A DNA stretch of 64,000 nucleotides from the IMG/VR virus record IMGVR_UViG_3300023074_000001, positions 71,655-135,654 of that record; one strand, written 5' to 3'. The notes below the pieces were generated by a model. That model had not been told where the DNA came from, ran no database searches, and saw only the letters and a program-made list of their open reading frames with translations. A program made the translations under genes and the position numbers. How positions within the stretch are numbered: position 1 is the stretch's first letter; every line of letters begins with the position of its first letter. The stretch is from a virus. This document shows, piece by piece, positions 34,710 to 44,639 of the stretch.

Positions 34710-35018
34710 ATGAATCAATTCACATTAGAGATGCGCGACGCCTTAGTATCTCTTGGTGATAAAGTAATTACTTTTGAGGCCAAGGAGCCTGAGTTTGTGC
34801 AACTTGCAGGCAAGCAATTGAAACCTGGTAGATACGGAAGGGCTAGGGGATACGCCAAAGCATTCCTCATAGTAGACGCATCAGGAACAGCGTTCTATCA
34901 GAACAAGCAAGGAGAGATCAGCAATAGATTAACAACCAAGGCGTTTCTAACCCACTGGGATGCTGGAATGTCTACTTATCTTGGTAAAATTAATGCCGAT
35001 TTAAATGTCGAACAGTAA
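34710..35018 (+). CDS. hypothetical head-region protein
   Basis: Directly follows the portal stop. Confidence 0.6.
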   Translation: MNQFTLEMRDALVSLGDKVITFEAKEPEFVQLAGKQLKPGRYGRARGYAKAFLIVDASGTAFYQNKQGEISNRLTTKAFLTHWDAGMSTYLGKINADLNVEQ

Positions 35019-35034
35019 CTAGCGGAGGAATAAT

Positions 35035-36174
35035 ATGAGTAATGATTTAGTAATCATTCCTAGTAGGGACGGAGAAGCTTATAACGAGATTGAAAGTACT
35101 GTTGAATTATCTCGCAAGGCTTCCGGCACCCTATTCAGGAAACACATTCTTACTAAGGGTGAGCTTATTCATCCTGTAACAAAGTCACGTATCCAAATCG
35201 ATGATGCTTTCGTCACCAAACTCAAGGCTAACTTTGATAACAAGGTTTGTCCTATCGTACAGGTGCCTTTGGCAAATGACTCGAATCAGCATGTAGAAGA
35301 TCCTGACAGAAATGTCGGAGAGGTTATCGATATCGAAGTCAAGGATAATAGAGTTTATGCTGTTATCGATGCCCGCAGGAATGCTGAGCGTTTCAAGGAT
35401 AAAACTTACATAGGTGCATCAGCAATGTTGTCTCTTGACTATGAGGATACTAGTACAGGAAAGAAGTCTGGTCCTACTCTTTGCCATGTTGCGGTGACGA
35501 ATCGTCCCTACATTACAAACTTAGAAGATTATGAAGAAATTATAAAGGCGTCTGCCGATAATTCAGAAGAAGCGGTTCTTCTGACTGAGCCGACTGTCGA
35601 AGACAATCAAGGTTCCGAGAAAGAACCAGAAGAAGTAGAGGGGCACACAAAGATGACTAAAGACGAGCTTCTTGCAGCTCTGAAGAATGAGCACGGCATT
35701 GATGTTGCTGCTCTACAAGCAGATGCAGAAAAGCCAAAGGACACACCAGTAACAGATGTTACTGCTGAATTGTCTAACAAACTAGTTGCCGCACTTACTG
35801 ATGCAGGAGTAGTAAAGCTATCCTCAGATAATTCTGACGCTAACGTTGAGCAAGTAGTTGGCGCAGTAGTAGAGCTGGCAAATGATAATGTAGCTTTAAC
35901 TAGCCGTATTGGTGCGCTTGAATTGTCTAACAAGACAATTATTGCCAAGGCTGAAGTAGCTACAAAGGTTCGAGAGGGTTTCATCGAGCCAGCCCAGGAA
36001 GATGCCATGGTTGAACTATTCTTAACCAACCAAGATCTGTATGCCAAGTTACTTCCTGCTGAGCCTAAGGTAGAACTTAGTGTGCAGCGTGGAAGCTCTA
36101 CTGGAGCTGACGACAAAAAGGTTGAGCTTGACGTAGACGCCGAAGTCGCCCGCATCCTTGGGCTAAATGCCTAA
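35035..36174 (+). CDS. prohead protease/scaffold (Mu gpI-like)
   Basis: H..; YIGAS; L.HVAVTNRPYI; acidic linker and helical scaffold C-terminus. Confidence 0.85.
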   Translation: MSNDLVIIPSRDGEAYNEIESTVELSRKASGTLFRKHILTKGELIHPVTKSRIQIDDAFVTKLKANFDNKVCPIVQVPLANDSNQHVEDPDRNVGEVIDIEVKDNRVYAVIDARRNAERFKDKTYIGASAMLSLDYEDTSTGKKSGPTLCHVAVTNRPYITNLEDYEEIIKASADNSEEAVLLTEPTVEDNQGSEKEPEEVEGHTKMTKDELLAALKNEHGIDVAALQADAEKPKDTPVTDVTAELSNKLVAALTDAGVVKLSSDNSDANVEQVVGAVVELANDNVALTSRIGALELSNKTIIAKAEVATKVREGFIEPAQEDAMVELFLTNQDLYAKLLPAEPKVELSVQRGSSTGADDKKVELDVDAEVARILGLNA

Positions 36175-36206
36175 AATAGGAATTAATTCAGAAAGAGGTT
36201 AAAAAT

Positions 36207-36599
36207 ATGGCAACGGATTCTTTTGAGAGAATTCCTTCACCTGGCTATTCTAGTCCTACACATTCTTATGCTCCAACAGAGATTCTTTACTCTACTGCTG
36301 GATTTACTCAGAAGGGTGTAACACTAGCTGCCAACCAAGGAATTCTACCAGCAGGTACAGTACTAGCACAGAATACTGTAACCAAGCGCTATGTAGTTTA
36401 CACTAACGGCGGCTCTAACGGAGCTGGTACTCCGGTAGGTATTCTTCGTCGCGCAGTAGACACACGTACAGGTGAGCAGCAGGGTAATATTGTTATTCAG
36501 GGTATCCTGAAGCTTTCCCTAGTTTCTGGAGCTGATTCAAACGCTATTACTACTTTGAACGCAGCTACTAACGCAGCTATGGGCACCTTCAAGTTCTGA
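36207..36599 (+). CDS. head decoration protein (lambda gpD-like)
   Basis: VTL....IL.AGTVL..Y..G...PVGIL motif. Confidence 0.8.
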   Translation: MATDSFERIPSPGYSSPTHSYAPTEILYSTAGFTQKGVTLAANQGILPAGTVLAQNTVTKRYVVYTNGGSNGAGTPVGILRRAVDTRTGEQQGNIVIQGILKLSLVSGADSNAITTLNAATNAAMGTFKF

Positions 36600-36620
36600 C
36601 CTTTATGTAGTTTATCTGAT

Positions 36621-36650
36621 AAAACCACTTCCAATTGGAAGTGGTTTTTT
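36621..36650 (+). terminator. intrinsic terminator
   Basis: AAAACCACTTCC-AATT-GGAAGTGGTTTTTT. Confidence 0.8.
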
Positions 36651-36691
36651 CTTTATGTCGATATTTAATTTGGAAAGGAAGGAGGTTCTTA

Positions 36692-37015
36692 ATGCGAGAC
36701 TCAACAACCTCAGCCCCGTTATTGGTAGAGCAAAAACTTCTTCAACTTATTGCAGATGGCATTACACCAGATATGGTAGAGCAATCTATTCAAGACTATA
36801 TTTCTGAGCATGGGGTGGTTCCTGGCTTTACCTATCAAAGATTGAATGATCCTGCCTCTAACTGGATTATAGATCATAACCTCAATAAATATCCTCAAAT
36901 TACTTTACTTGATGATGAGGGCAACATGATCGAGGCCGATGTTTTCTATAACAATGTAAACCAGGTTACTGTTGTTTTTGCAGAACCAATTTCTGGTAAG
37001 GCGGTATTGATATGA
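36692..37015 (+). CDS. minor virion protein
   Basis: W.IDHNL.KYP..V.F..P.SG.A.L motif. Confidence 0.7.
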   Translation: MRDSTTSAPLLVEQKLLQLIADGITPDMVEQSIQDYISEHGVVPGFTYQRLNDPASNWIIDHNLNKYPQITLLDDEGNMIEADVFYNNVNQVTVVFAEPISGKAVLI

Positions 37016-37953
37016 CTACCAAATATCTTGGTACAGGTAAAAACTTTGGTAACCAAAGACTTATAGCTATTGCAGATCCTCAGGCTGATACTGATGCTAT
37101 CAACTTGCAATCAGCCCGTAGATTAGTTCAAGGTGTTACTAACCGTAAGGAAGCTGTTCGTGTAGCGGCATTAACTAACATTACTATCGCTACTCCTGGA
37201 ACAGCTATCGATGGAGTAACACTGTCTAACGGGGATCGTGTACTTCTTACTGCGCAATCAACAGGAAGCCAGAACGGTATCTATGACTTTAACGGATCAG
37301 CTTCTCCTCTAACACGATCAGCAGACGCAGATAGCGACGCAGAAGTAAAACCAGGTACTCAAGTATTCGTATCTGAGGGTACAGCCAGTGGGAACTCCAG
37401 TTATCAATTAACTACAGATGGCCCTATTGTTGTTGGTACTACTACATTAACCTGGGCACAGACAGGCGCAGGATCAACCTACACCGCAGGTAATGGTCTT
37501 ACTTTGACAGGATCATCTTTTGCAGTTACTGCAAAAACTAACGGTGGAATTGTTGTTGATGGCACCGGAGTATCTGTATTAGCTGCTGGCGGTCTAACTG
37601 TCGGAGCTACTGGTGTTGTTATTGCATCAGGTGCCGCAGGTAATGGTTTGACTTTAACTTCTGGTGTATTGGCCGTAGGCGCGGGAACAGGTATTAGTGT
37701 ATCTGCGGATGCTATTGCTATCGATACCGCAGTTGTTGTCAGGAAATATTCTGCATCTATAGGTAACGGTGCATCGACAGCTATTGCTGTATCTCATGCT
37801 TTAGGAACTCGTGACATTACTTGGTCGGTATATGATTCAGCAACATATGAGTTTGTAGAAGTTGATGGAGTAGCCACAGATACCAACACACTAACACTAA
37901 CGTTTGCTACTGCGCCAGTAGCAAGCGCATACAGGGTGGTTGTTCATGGCTAA
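37012..37953 (+). CDS. head/tail fibre protein
   Basis: IDGVTL..GDRVLL..Q.....NGIY; TAGNGL repeats; H.LGTRD. Confidence 0.8.
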   Translation: MTTKYLGTGKNFGNQRLIAIADPQADTDAINLQSARRLVQGVTNRKEAVRVAALTNITIATPGTAIDGVTLSNGDRVLLTAQSTGSQNGIYDFNGSASPLTRSADADSDAEVKPGTQVFVSEGTASGNSSYQLTTDGPIVVGTTTLTWAQTGAGSTYTAGNGLTLTGSSFAVTAKTNGGIVVDGTGVSVLAAGGLTVGATGVVIASGAAGNGLTLTSGVLAVGAGTGISVSADAIAIDTAVVVRKYSASIGNGASTAIAVSHALGTRDITWSVYDSATYEFVEVDGVATDTNTLTLTFATAPVASAYRVVVHG

Positions 37954-38635
37954 GTTTCTTAATAGATTTCGTCTACCCTCAGTAACAGGAGATCCTTCTA
38001 CTCCGGATGATGGCGAAATGTGGTACAACTCTACGCTGAATACTTTTCGATTGAAGCCTAATAGTTCTTATCCTATGCCTATAGGCGCAGGGACAAGATT
38101 TGCTGATTATGCCTTTGGTACATGGTACATGGCCCAGAACGGTGCAGCTAACACCGCTAACGCTAACGTCAGCAGGGCATTTACTAATCCATTTGTTTTA
38201 CCGAGAAAGGCAACTCTATCAGGTATAGCTTATGAAATTTCTACGGCATGGGGTACAACAGGTAATACACGTCTAGGTTTATACAACGATGATGGTGGTA
38301 GATTGCCTACAGCCTTAGTAGCTGATTATGGAACGGTGACTGCTACCGCAGGAATTAAAGCTATTTCTGTTTCTACAGTATTGAACCCTGGAATGTATTG
38401 GATAGTAGTTGTCAACCAAGGTGGCGCAGGATCTCCGACAGGACAATTCAGATCTGTCGGTGGTGAACACGAATTTATAGGAGACCCCGGCTCGACTCCA
38501 AGCTCCTCATTTTTTAATGGATCTTTAAATTGCTACTACAGCGATACAGGTTTTACTGGAGCATTACCTTCAACTTTTGGAACAGTCGCCGGAATTACGC
38601 TAGGTCCAAGATTTGCTGTGAGATTTTCAGCTTAA
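37946..38635 (+). CDS. minor virion protein
   Basis: P.DGEMWYN; RLGLY.D..G.P..L..D.G; L.PG.YW. Confidence 0.7.
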   Translation: MAKFLNRFRLPSVTGDPSTPDDGEMWYNSTLNTFRLKPNSSYPMPIGAGTRFADYAFGTWYMAQNGAANTANANVSRAFTNPFVLPRKATLSGIAYEISTAWGTTGNTRLGLYNDDGGRLPTALVADYGTVTATAGIKAISVSTVLNPGMYWIVVVNQGGAGSPTGQFRSVGGEHEFIGDPGSTPSSSFFNGSLNCYYSDTGFTGALPSTFGTVAGITLGPRFAVRFSA

Positions 38636-38807
38636 TTGAAAAGGTTTTAAACTTTAGCAAAAAGTTTTGCCGATAAGTAACTAAGAATACAAAAAGATAG
38701 ACCAGCTAGTTGAGCCATATGTGGCGGCGCAGGTCGGGCCTTATCAGGGTCGCTGAACTATTTTGGGAATGCAAATAACTGCGGCCCCTGATAACTAAGG
38801 AGACATC

Positions 38808-39806
38808 GTGCCAGATATTAGCTTACTAGAGCCTTTGGTTCTGTTGGGCGTCGTAGAAAAACTCCCAGCTCCTCAGAATATGATTCTGTTGAACAGCACA
38901 CCAAAGCGCCAGGTTCCTACTCAGACAGTTACCTGGGATATTATTCGTGGTTCTCGCCAGATGGCAAAGCCTAACGTACCGAACTCTGAAGCCCACATCG
39001 TAGGTCGTCTAGGCCGCGAGCAGGCATCTGCTAGTTTGCTATACGTACGTGAAAAGAAGGTTTTCGAACCTACTACACTTATGTGGCTTCGTGAGGTTGG
39101 AACCGTTAACGGTAAGATTAACGCAGAGCGTGAAATTACCCGTGAACTTCAGGACTTGAACAACCGTATTGATGCATTCGTAGAGTATACTCTATGGAAG
39201 GCTCTTAGCGGCAACCTTGTACTAGACTTCCCAGATGTTCAGGCAAGTATTGACTACAAGTTCCCAGCAGACCACAAGGTTACTGCTGCGGTTTCTTGGG
39301 CATCAGCTACACCTATCCAGATCGTTGAGAACATTGCAGCTTGGAAGAAGCTTATTCTTAACCATGGTAAGGTAGCTGCAAATAAGGCTTACGCTACACA
39401 GAACACCCTAGACCGTATTATCCACTCATTCGTAGCTAATGGATCAACCCCAGGTTATCTTCTTTCTGATAGAATGCGTGACCAGTACTACACTAACGGT
39501 ACTATCCCAGGATTCCTAGGACTTGACTGGTCTCCAGTTGAGCACGTATATGAGACAGACGCAGGAGACCAGATCGGTTACTTGGCTGATGATACTCTTA
39601 TCCTAGGTAACTTCGATGCCAACCGTCCTATGGAAGTTCTAGAAGGCCCTACCGCAGACTTCTCAGCTCCTAACAACTTCATTGGTCGTTACACAAAGAG
39701 CTGGTTCGAGCCAGACCCATCAGGTCGTCAGGTTCTTATTGAGTACAACTTCCTACCCATTATAACTCGTCCTGAGCAATTTATTGTGGCTGACTTGACC
39801 CCATAA
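38808..39806 (+). CDS. major capsid protein (lambda E-like)
   Basis: 332 aa; W.ALSG; IDY; DPSG..LP...P; AAGGAG RBS; followed by a terminator. Confidence 0.88.
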   Translation: MPDISLLEPLVLLGVVEKLPAPQNMILLNSTPKRQVPTQTVTWDIIRGSRQMAKPNVPNSEAHIVGRLGREQASASLLYVREKKVFEPTTLMWLREVGTVNGKINAEREITRELQDLNNRIDAFVEYTLWKALSGNLVLDFPDVQASIDYKFPADHKVTAAVSWASATPIQIVENIAAWKKLILNHGKVAANKAYATQNTLDRIIHSFVANGSTPGYLLSDRMRDQYYTNGTIPGFLGLDWSPVEHVYETDAGDQIGYLADDTLILGNFDANRPMEVLEGPTADFSAPNNFIGRYTKSWFEPDPSGRQVLIEYNFLPIITRPEQFIVADLTP

Positions 39807-39837
39807 GTCCGATTTGACTTAGGTCGGAACAACTGAT

Positions 39838-39872
39838 AAAGTAGGCCAAGATTAATCTTGGCCTACTTTTTT
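39838..39872 (+). terminator. intrinsic terminator
   Basis: AAAGTAGGCCAAGA-TTAA-TCTTGGCCTACTTTTTT. Confidence 0.85.
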
Positions 39873-39959
39873 GTGCCTAGACGCCAGACAACTAGATGTG
39901 CTATGCTAGACCGAATGCTCACATAAGAAACGAGCAACATAAACTAAGGACTTTACACA

Positions 39960-41270
39960 TTGAAGATTGAATGGACGTATGAGAATATTCAAAGTCTTCT
40001 CAACGCAAACACAGACGAAGAAATTCAACTTGCTTTTCCAGGAGCCAATCTAGAAACACTTAAGCGTCGTAAGCGTGAGTTTAAGAATAACGGAACGGTT
40101 TATCAGTTGACCGAAGAAATTGCTGATGAAGATACTTCTGAGGGAAGTATTTCCCTTACTGGTGATTCTGGTGTAATTAAGACTGGTGCTGTTGCCGAAC
40201 CCATTACTGATTGGACAGACACCATCAAGCTTTGGGGTCTTGATCCTGAAGTATTTGAGGTTATTCAACCAGTAACAATGAAGGCTTGGGGTAAAAAAGG
40301 AGATTTTAGGTACAGCTATGCTGCCAGGATTCAAAAGAAAGCAGATGCTCCAGCACCTATTGAGGACACCTTAGACATCGAAGGGTGGAGGCAATCTTTA
40401 CAAAGTGTTCAATTTACTCCTCAGCCACAAAAGAAAGATGGTTTAAGTTACCTTATTATGGTAGCTGATCCTCAGCTAGGTAAGCCTGGAACACAGGAAT
40501 CTTTGGATAACTGGCGTAGAGGTATTTCTGGGCATGAAGATAGAATTATCAATCTCATTAATTCTGGTTATCCTATCGAGCGAATTGCTCTAGCTTTCAT
40601 GGGTGATGAGCATGAGGGTGCCGTAGGTAATTACGCCTCTCAGCCTTATGAGATCGAACTTAACTATTCTGATCAAATTACTCTTGATTTTGATATGCGT
40701 ACCTGGAGCATTAAAGAACTACTTGATCACGATCTGCCGCTGTCTATTGCGTCTGTACCGTCTAATCATGGTGAGCACACAAGGTTCGGAAGTAATAAGG
40801 TTCTGACAAGTATCTATGACAACTCTTCCACTATGGTTGCAAAGCTTGTTAAGCAGGTATTTAACAGTGCTGATGCAGCTAATACTATTCATTGGGACAT
40901 TGCTACTGACAGACAGGATGCTAATCTTGAACTGTCTGGTATTAAGGTGAACTTTACTCACGGACACATTGCTAATGGCTCAGGATCTAAGACTGGTGGA
41001 GTAAGTTCTAAGAGTGCTATTGAGAAGCAGATTCTTGGACGTACCGAAGAAATGGTAGATATGAGATTGTTTGTCTCAGCTCATTACCATCACTTTAATG
41101 TTATTGAGGACCGAGGCCGTACCTTCTTCGGCTGTCCTGCGCTAGAGGCTGAGAAATCCTCTCAGTGGTTCTACGACTCATCTGGTGTGTGGTCCAAGCC
41201 AGGCATGTTGGGAATGGTAGTTGGAGAGCACGCAGATAGGCGAGGTTGGACTGAACTAGCAATAATTTAA
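39960..41270 (+). CDS. calcineurin-like metallophosphoesterase
   Basis: ADPQLGK; MGD..E; SNHGE; THGH; AHYHH. Confidence 0.8.
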   Translation: MKIEWTYENIQSLLNANTDEEIQLAFPGANLETLKRRKREFKNNGTVYQLTEEIADEDTSEGSISLTGDSGVIKTGAVAEPITDWTDTIKLWGLDPEVFEVIQPVTMKAWGKKGDFRYSYAARIQKKADAPAPIEDTLDIEGWRQSLQSVQFTPQPQKKDGLSYLIMVADPQLGKPGTQESLDNWRRGISGHEDRIINLINSGYPIERIALAFMGDEHEGAVGNYASQPYEIELNYSDQITLDFDMRTWSIKELLDHDLPLSIASVPSNHGEHTRFGSNKVLTSIYDNSSTMVAKLVKQVFNSADAANTIHWDIATDRQDANLELSGIKVNFTHGHIANGSGSKTGGVSSKSAIEKQILGRTEEMVDMRLFVSAHYHHFNVIEDRGRTFFGCPALEAEKSSQWFYDSSGVWSKPGMLGMVVGEHADRRGWTELAII

Positions 41271-41313
41271 TATCTACACACTTACAGCCGATTTAAAGGT
41301 AGTAGGTGAATTG

Positions 41314-41349
41314 AAAGCCAGGTCACTTACAAAGTGACCTGGCTTTTTT
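41314..41349 (+). terminator. intrinsic terminator-like hairpin
   Basis: AAAGCCAGGTCACTT-AC-AAAGTGACCTGGCTTTTTT. Confidence 0.7.
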
Positions 41350-41400
41350 GCATCCTGACAAATTAATGGCAATCCCATAGTCACTAGGAGGATTTGCGGG

Positions 41401-41829
41401 ATGATTAATGTTGTTTCTAGAAAGCTAGGTAAACGAGGAGCATCCTGCCTCTGGTTTGGGATTGTCTTCATAGTTATTGGCTTGTCTTTTGTTATAGGAG
41501 ATCCATCGCCGACCTTGCAATTAAACCTGCAATTTCTTTCCAGTGTACTACCTCTAGAAGTATGGGGTAGCCTATGGACCTTAGGAGGAGTTGTATTTTT
41601 GGTAGCTGCGTTATGGAAACGTTTAGAACTCATCGCATTCATGGTTGGAATTGCTATCACAGCTAATTGGGGTGTTGGCTATGCGATTCAAGCTGCTTTA
41701 GGAGAATCATCACGCGGGTGGGTCAGCGCATCGATCTACGGGTTTTTTGCGGCACTCATTCTCTTGATCTCGACATGGGCAGAGCCAATTGCAGATGTCG
41801 AGATGGGAGAAGGGGACAATGGATCTTAA
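41401..41829 (+). CDS. four-TM membrane protein (holin-like)
   Basis: Four hydrophobic segments; paired with a TM-coiled-coil gene. Confidence 0.65.
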   Translation: MINVVSRKLGKRGASCLWFGIVFIVIGLSFVIGDPSPTLQLNLQFLSSVLPLEVWGSLWTLGGVVFLVAALWKRLELIAFMVGIAITANWGVGYAIQAALGESSRGWVSASIYGFFAALILLISTWAEPIADVEMGEGDNGS

Positions 41830-42190
41830 TATAGTAGTCGTTGCACTAATCAGTTTGGGTGGTCCAATTTTCCTGTACTTCCAAAATAAGTCAAATAATA
41901 AAAGACTTCAGGTTAACGATAAAAATGTTATAGCATTAGAAAAAGAAAAACTAGATGGTTTAGTGCTGGACAGAGCTAAAACTCTATACGAGGGAATGAT
42001 TTCTCAACTTGAGGCTCAAGCTTCCAAACTTAGAGCGGTAATAGACGATTTAGAAAAAGATCTTGCTGAAGAGAGAGAAGATAACGTTAGGTTACGTCAG
42101 CGTATTCGAGAACTTGAAATGAAAGTCGCTGATCTAGAAGACCAGCGATATAAACTTAAGGTACAGCTAGATAGATTGAATAATTCTTAA
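41819..42190 (+). CDS. membrane-anchored coiled-coil protein
   Basis: N-terminal TM then heptad repeats. Confidence 0.7.
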   Translation: MDLNIVVVALISLGGPIFLYFQNKSNNKRLQVNDKNVIALEKEKLDGLVLDRAKTLYEGMISQLEAQASKLRAVIDDLEKDLAEEREDNVRLRQRIRELEMKVADLEDQRYKLKVQLDRLNNS

Positions 42191-42211
42191 TGTGTGAAAG
42201 AGGTGGGTTTT

Positions 42212-42787
42212 GTGGCAGGAGCAAAGGCTAAGAAGTCTGCACCAAAAGTAGATGAGCCAGTAGTAAATCAAGAGAATCCAGGTACATCAGAAACAGAACG
42301 TCCCTCTACGGAGGAGAGCACCGAGGCATATGTGCCTAAGATGGCACCAGCTAATAAGGTAGATGAGACTGTTGAAAACCAGGAAAGCCCTGGAACCCAT
42401 GAAGCAGTTAATCGTCAACCCGAGCCTCTGATTGTAGAGGATTCTGCTGGCATTAAGTATGACCTTAGTAAGACTCCTCAGCCGGAGTTAGTTCAAGAGG
42501 ATAGATCCGCTGAGCAGAATCGTATTCGCCAAACAGAGGGTGCTCTAAATGCAGCCGACTGGCGCGAGGAGGATTCTGATTCTGACAAAATCTATGTAGA
42601 GGTTGAGTTTGTAGACTCTGGTTTTACTGTTGCTCGTAAGGTTTGGAAAGTTGGAGAGGTTCTCAAAGTAGAGGATACCGAAGAACTCCGCAGAGACAGT
42701 GATGATGGTGAGGGTAACCTCTGGTATGACCAGAGTGCTGATCAGCAGCGTAAGCGTTATGGACGAGTATTCTTCGAAAAGAGGTAA
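42212..42787 (+). CDS. acidic hypothetical protein
   Basis: GTG with GAGGTG RBS; in the neck module. Confidence 0.65.
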   Translation: MAGAKAKKSAPKVDEPVVNQENPGTSETERPSTEESTEAYVPKMAPANKVDETVENQESPGTHEAVNRQPEPLIVEDSAGIKYDLSKTPQPELVQEDRSAEQNRIRQTEGALNAADWREEDSDSDKIYVEVEFVDSGFTVARKVWKVGEVLKVEDTEELRRDSDDGEGNLWYDQSADQQRKRYGRVFFEKR

Positions 42788-42793
42788 GTAGCG

Positions 42794-43324
42794 ATGAGTT
42801 TAGTGCCACCTACAGTAATAGATTTCTCTACCTTTACAGGTAGGGCTAGTAATACTTTTGGCCCATTTGCGTATGAGGCACTAACTCAGGCAACTTTACT
42901 ATTTTATCTCGCCTCAGGTATCGAGGAATACCCAGAAGATTTACAGTTAGCTAGACTTGCAAAATACGGAATACTTGATATGGCTGACAAAATTTACTTG
43001 AGTCAGCCATACAAGGAAGCTTCTATTTCTCCCTTCCAATCAGAGACTATAGGATCATATTCCTACAGCAGGTTAACTCAAGCTGTGAAAAAGGGAGACT
43101 CTACTGGTGTTATGTGGTTTGATATGGCAGTAAACAAACTTAAGGCCGGTGGCACAGGAATAGGTGCTTCAGGTTCTATTCAAGGTATGGAGTGGGATGG
43201 GATTGAACATTCTGCTGAAGGGCGTAATAGAATTTCTGGTGGTGGCTTTAGTAGAGACAGATTTAGAAACTCTTGGGATATTGATACCATAGAAGAAGTA
43301 GTCCATCACCACCCTATTGTTTAA
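42794..43324 (+). CDS. head-to-tail adaptor
   Basis: QSETIGSYSYS motif. Confidence 0.8.
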   Translation: MSLVPPTVIDFSTFTGRASNTFGPFAYEALTQATLLFYLASGIEEYPEDLQLARLAKYGILDMADKIYLSQPYKEASISPFQSETIGSYSYSRLTQAVKKGDSTGVMWFDMAVNKLKAGGTGIGASGSIQGMEWDGIEHSAEGRNRISGGGFSRDRFRNSWDIDTIEEVVHHHPIV

Positions 43325-43334
43325 GGAATCACTT

Positions 43335-43751
43335 ATGCGTCATCTTTTTCCTACTCGCGTCGAAATACTTGAGGCTACTACAGATATTGTAGATGGAGCT
43401 AGAGTACAGGCATGGGCAAAATCTAGCGCTAAGTTTGACAATACCCTTCCTCCCGGAGAAATGCTTTGCAGACTGGACCTTATTTTCCTTAGACCGGGAA
43501 AGGATCAGCCAGCTCCTATCGTTGCTGGCCGTACCCCCGATCGAACAGGAATCATGTTTTGCAGCAATACTCCAGCACTTAAGGGTGGGCAAATAATTAA
43601 ATGTGTTCAAGGGCCTAATACTGGTGCCTCCTTTTTGCTGAAGATGCGTCCCGATGAGGCACAGGGTTTTAGCGCCGCCCATCACATTGAGGTACAGGTA
43701 TTTGAAATAGCTCAAGCAGGTTTGCACTATCCTTCAGGGGCACCTCAATGA
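43335..43751 (+). CDS. head-to-tail stopper
   Basis: Position; HHIEV C-terminal motif. Confidence 0.7.
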   Translation: MRHLFPTRVEILEATTDIVDGARVQAWAKSSAKFDNTLPPGEMLCRLDLIFLRPGKDQPAPIVAGRTPDRTGIMFCSNTPALKGGQIIKCVQGPNTGASFLLKMRPDEAQGFSAAHHIEVQVFEIAQAGLHYPSGAPQ

Positions 43752-44110
43752 TTAAACTACAATTATTAACAGACGGCATTACAGCAGAAATAGATAGATT
43801 GTCTGATGGACCGACAGCTAAAGACTTACTTCATTTTGAGGCAGTACTGCAACGCCAATTCGCAGCTACTCAAGTTAAGGTTCACAAGATTACTCGATCT
43901 CTGGCTACGTCTGGAAAGATGTCTAGCGATATGAAGGGTAACAGCTGGCAAGCTGAAATTACTTATGGTGGTCCGTCAAGTGGAGTTCATAATCCTGTAG
44001 ATTATGCTGAGTACGAACGAGAACGTGATGGCTCTCACGACTTCTTTAGTCCACTAGAAGGTATGAGTCATGAATATGTTGCGGCCATGGAAGCATTTTT
44101 GAGAGGATAA
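43748..44110 (+). CDS. neck/tail completion protein (HK97 gp10-like)
   Basis: T..L..SG; DYA.YE; H.F..P; position. Confidence 0.65.
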   Translation: MIKLQLLTDGITAEIDRLSDGPTAKDLLHFEAVLQRQFAATQVKVHKITRSLATSGKMSSDMKGNSWQAEITYGGPSSGVHNPVDYAEYERERDGSHDFFSPLEGMSHEYVAAMEAFLRG

Positions 44111-44113
44111 TTT

Positions 44114-44590
44114 ATGGAAGTGTTACAGGGTGCCGCAGTGAAATATTTAAAGAGCCTGCCAGAAGTTGTCCAGGCTGTCGGTAAACTTACTACTAGCCAG
44201 ACTCCCTTTATTTTTAGAGATGAAATGCTTGTTAACTTAGAGGACCACCAATACCAAGCTGTCAGCGCTCTCGTAGTAGAGGACGGCGGCCCACTAGCCA
44301 ATCCTACCCTTACCAGATTTAGGCTAAGGCGTCTCTCTATCTCGATCTGGGCCAACGGTACAAGAGACGTAGATGGAAATTTAATAGCGGCCAGTAGCGT
44401 AGAAAACAAGATTTTTTCAACTTATGAAGTACTGGATAAATACTTACACAGAACTGATCCTGCACCCGTATTGTGGAACACCTTGACTACCTATGCTTGT
44501 GAGAGAATAGGTGACATCAGTAAACCTATTTCTGTTATAGATGGAGATGGCATTAAGCTAGCTACCGTTTACTATTCTGTTTTGATTTAA
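44114..44590 (+). CDS. tail terminator
   Basis: Position and size; .I.IWA motif. Confidence 0.6.
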   Translation: MEVLQGAAVKYLKSLPEVVQAVGKLTTSQTPFIFRDEMLVNLEDHQYQAVSALVVEDGGPLANPTLTRFRLRRLSISIWANGTRDVDGNLIAASSVENKIFSTYEVLDKYLHRTDPAPVLWNTLTTYACERIGDISKPISVIDGDGIKLATVYYSVLI

Positions 44591-44639
44591 CTACCGATAA
44601 AGCACGTATACATATCTAGATCCCGAGAGGACAAGAAAT

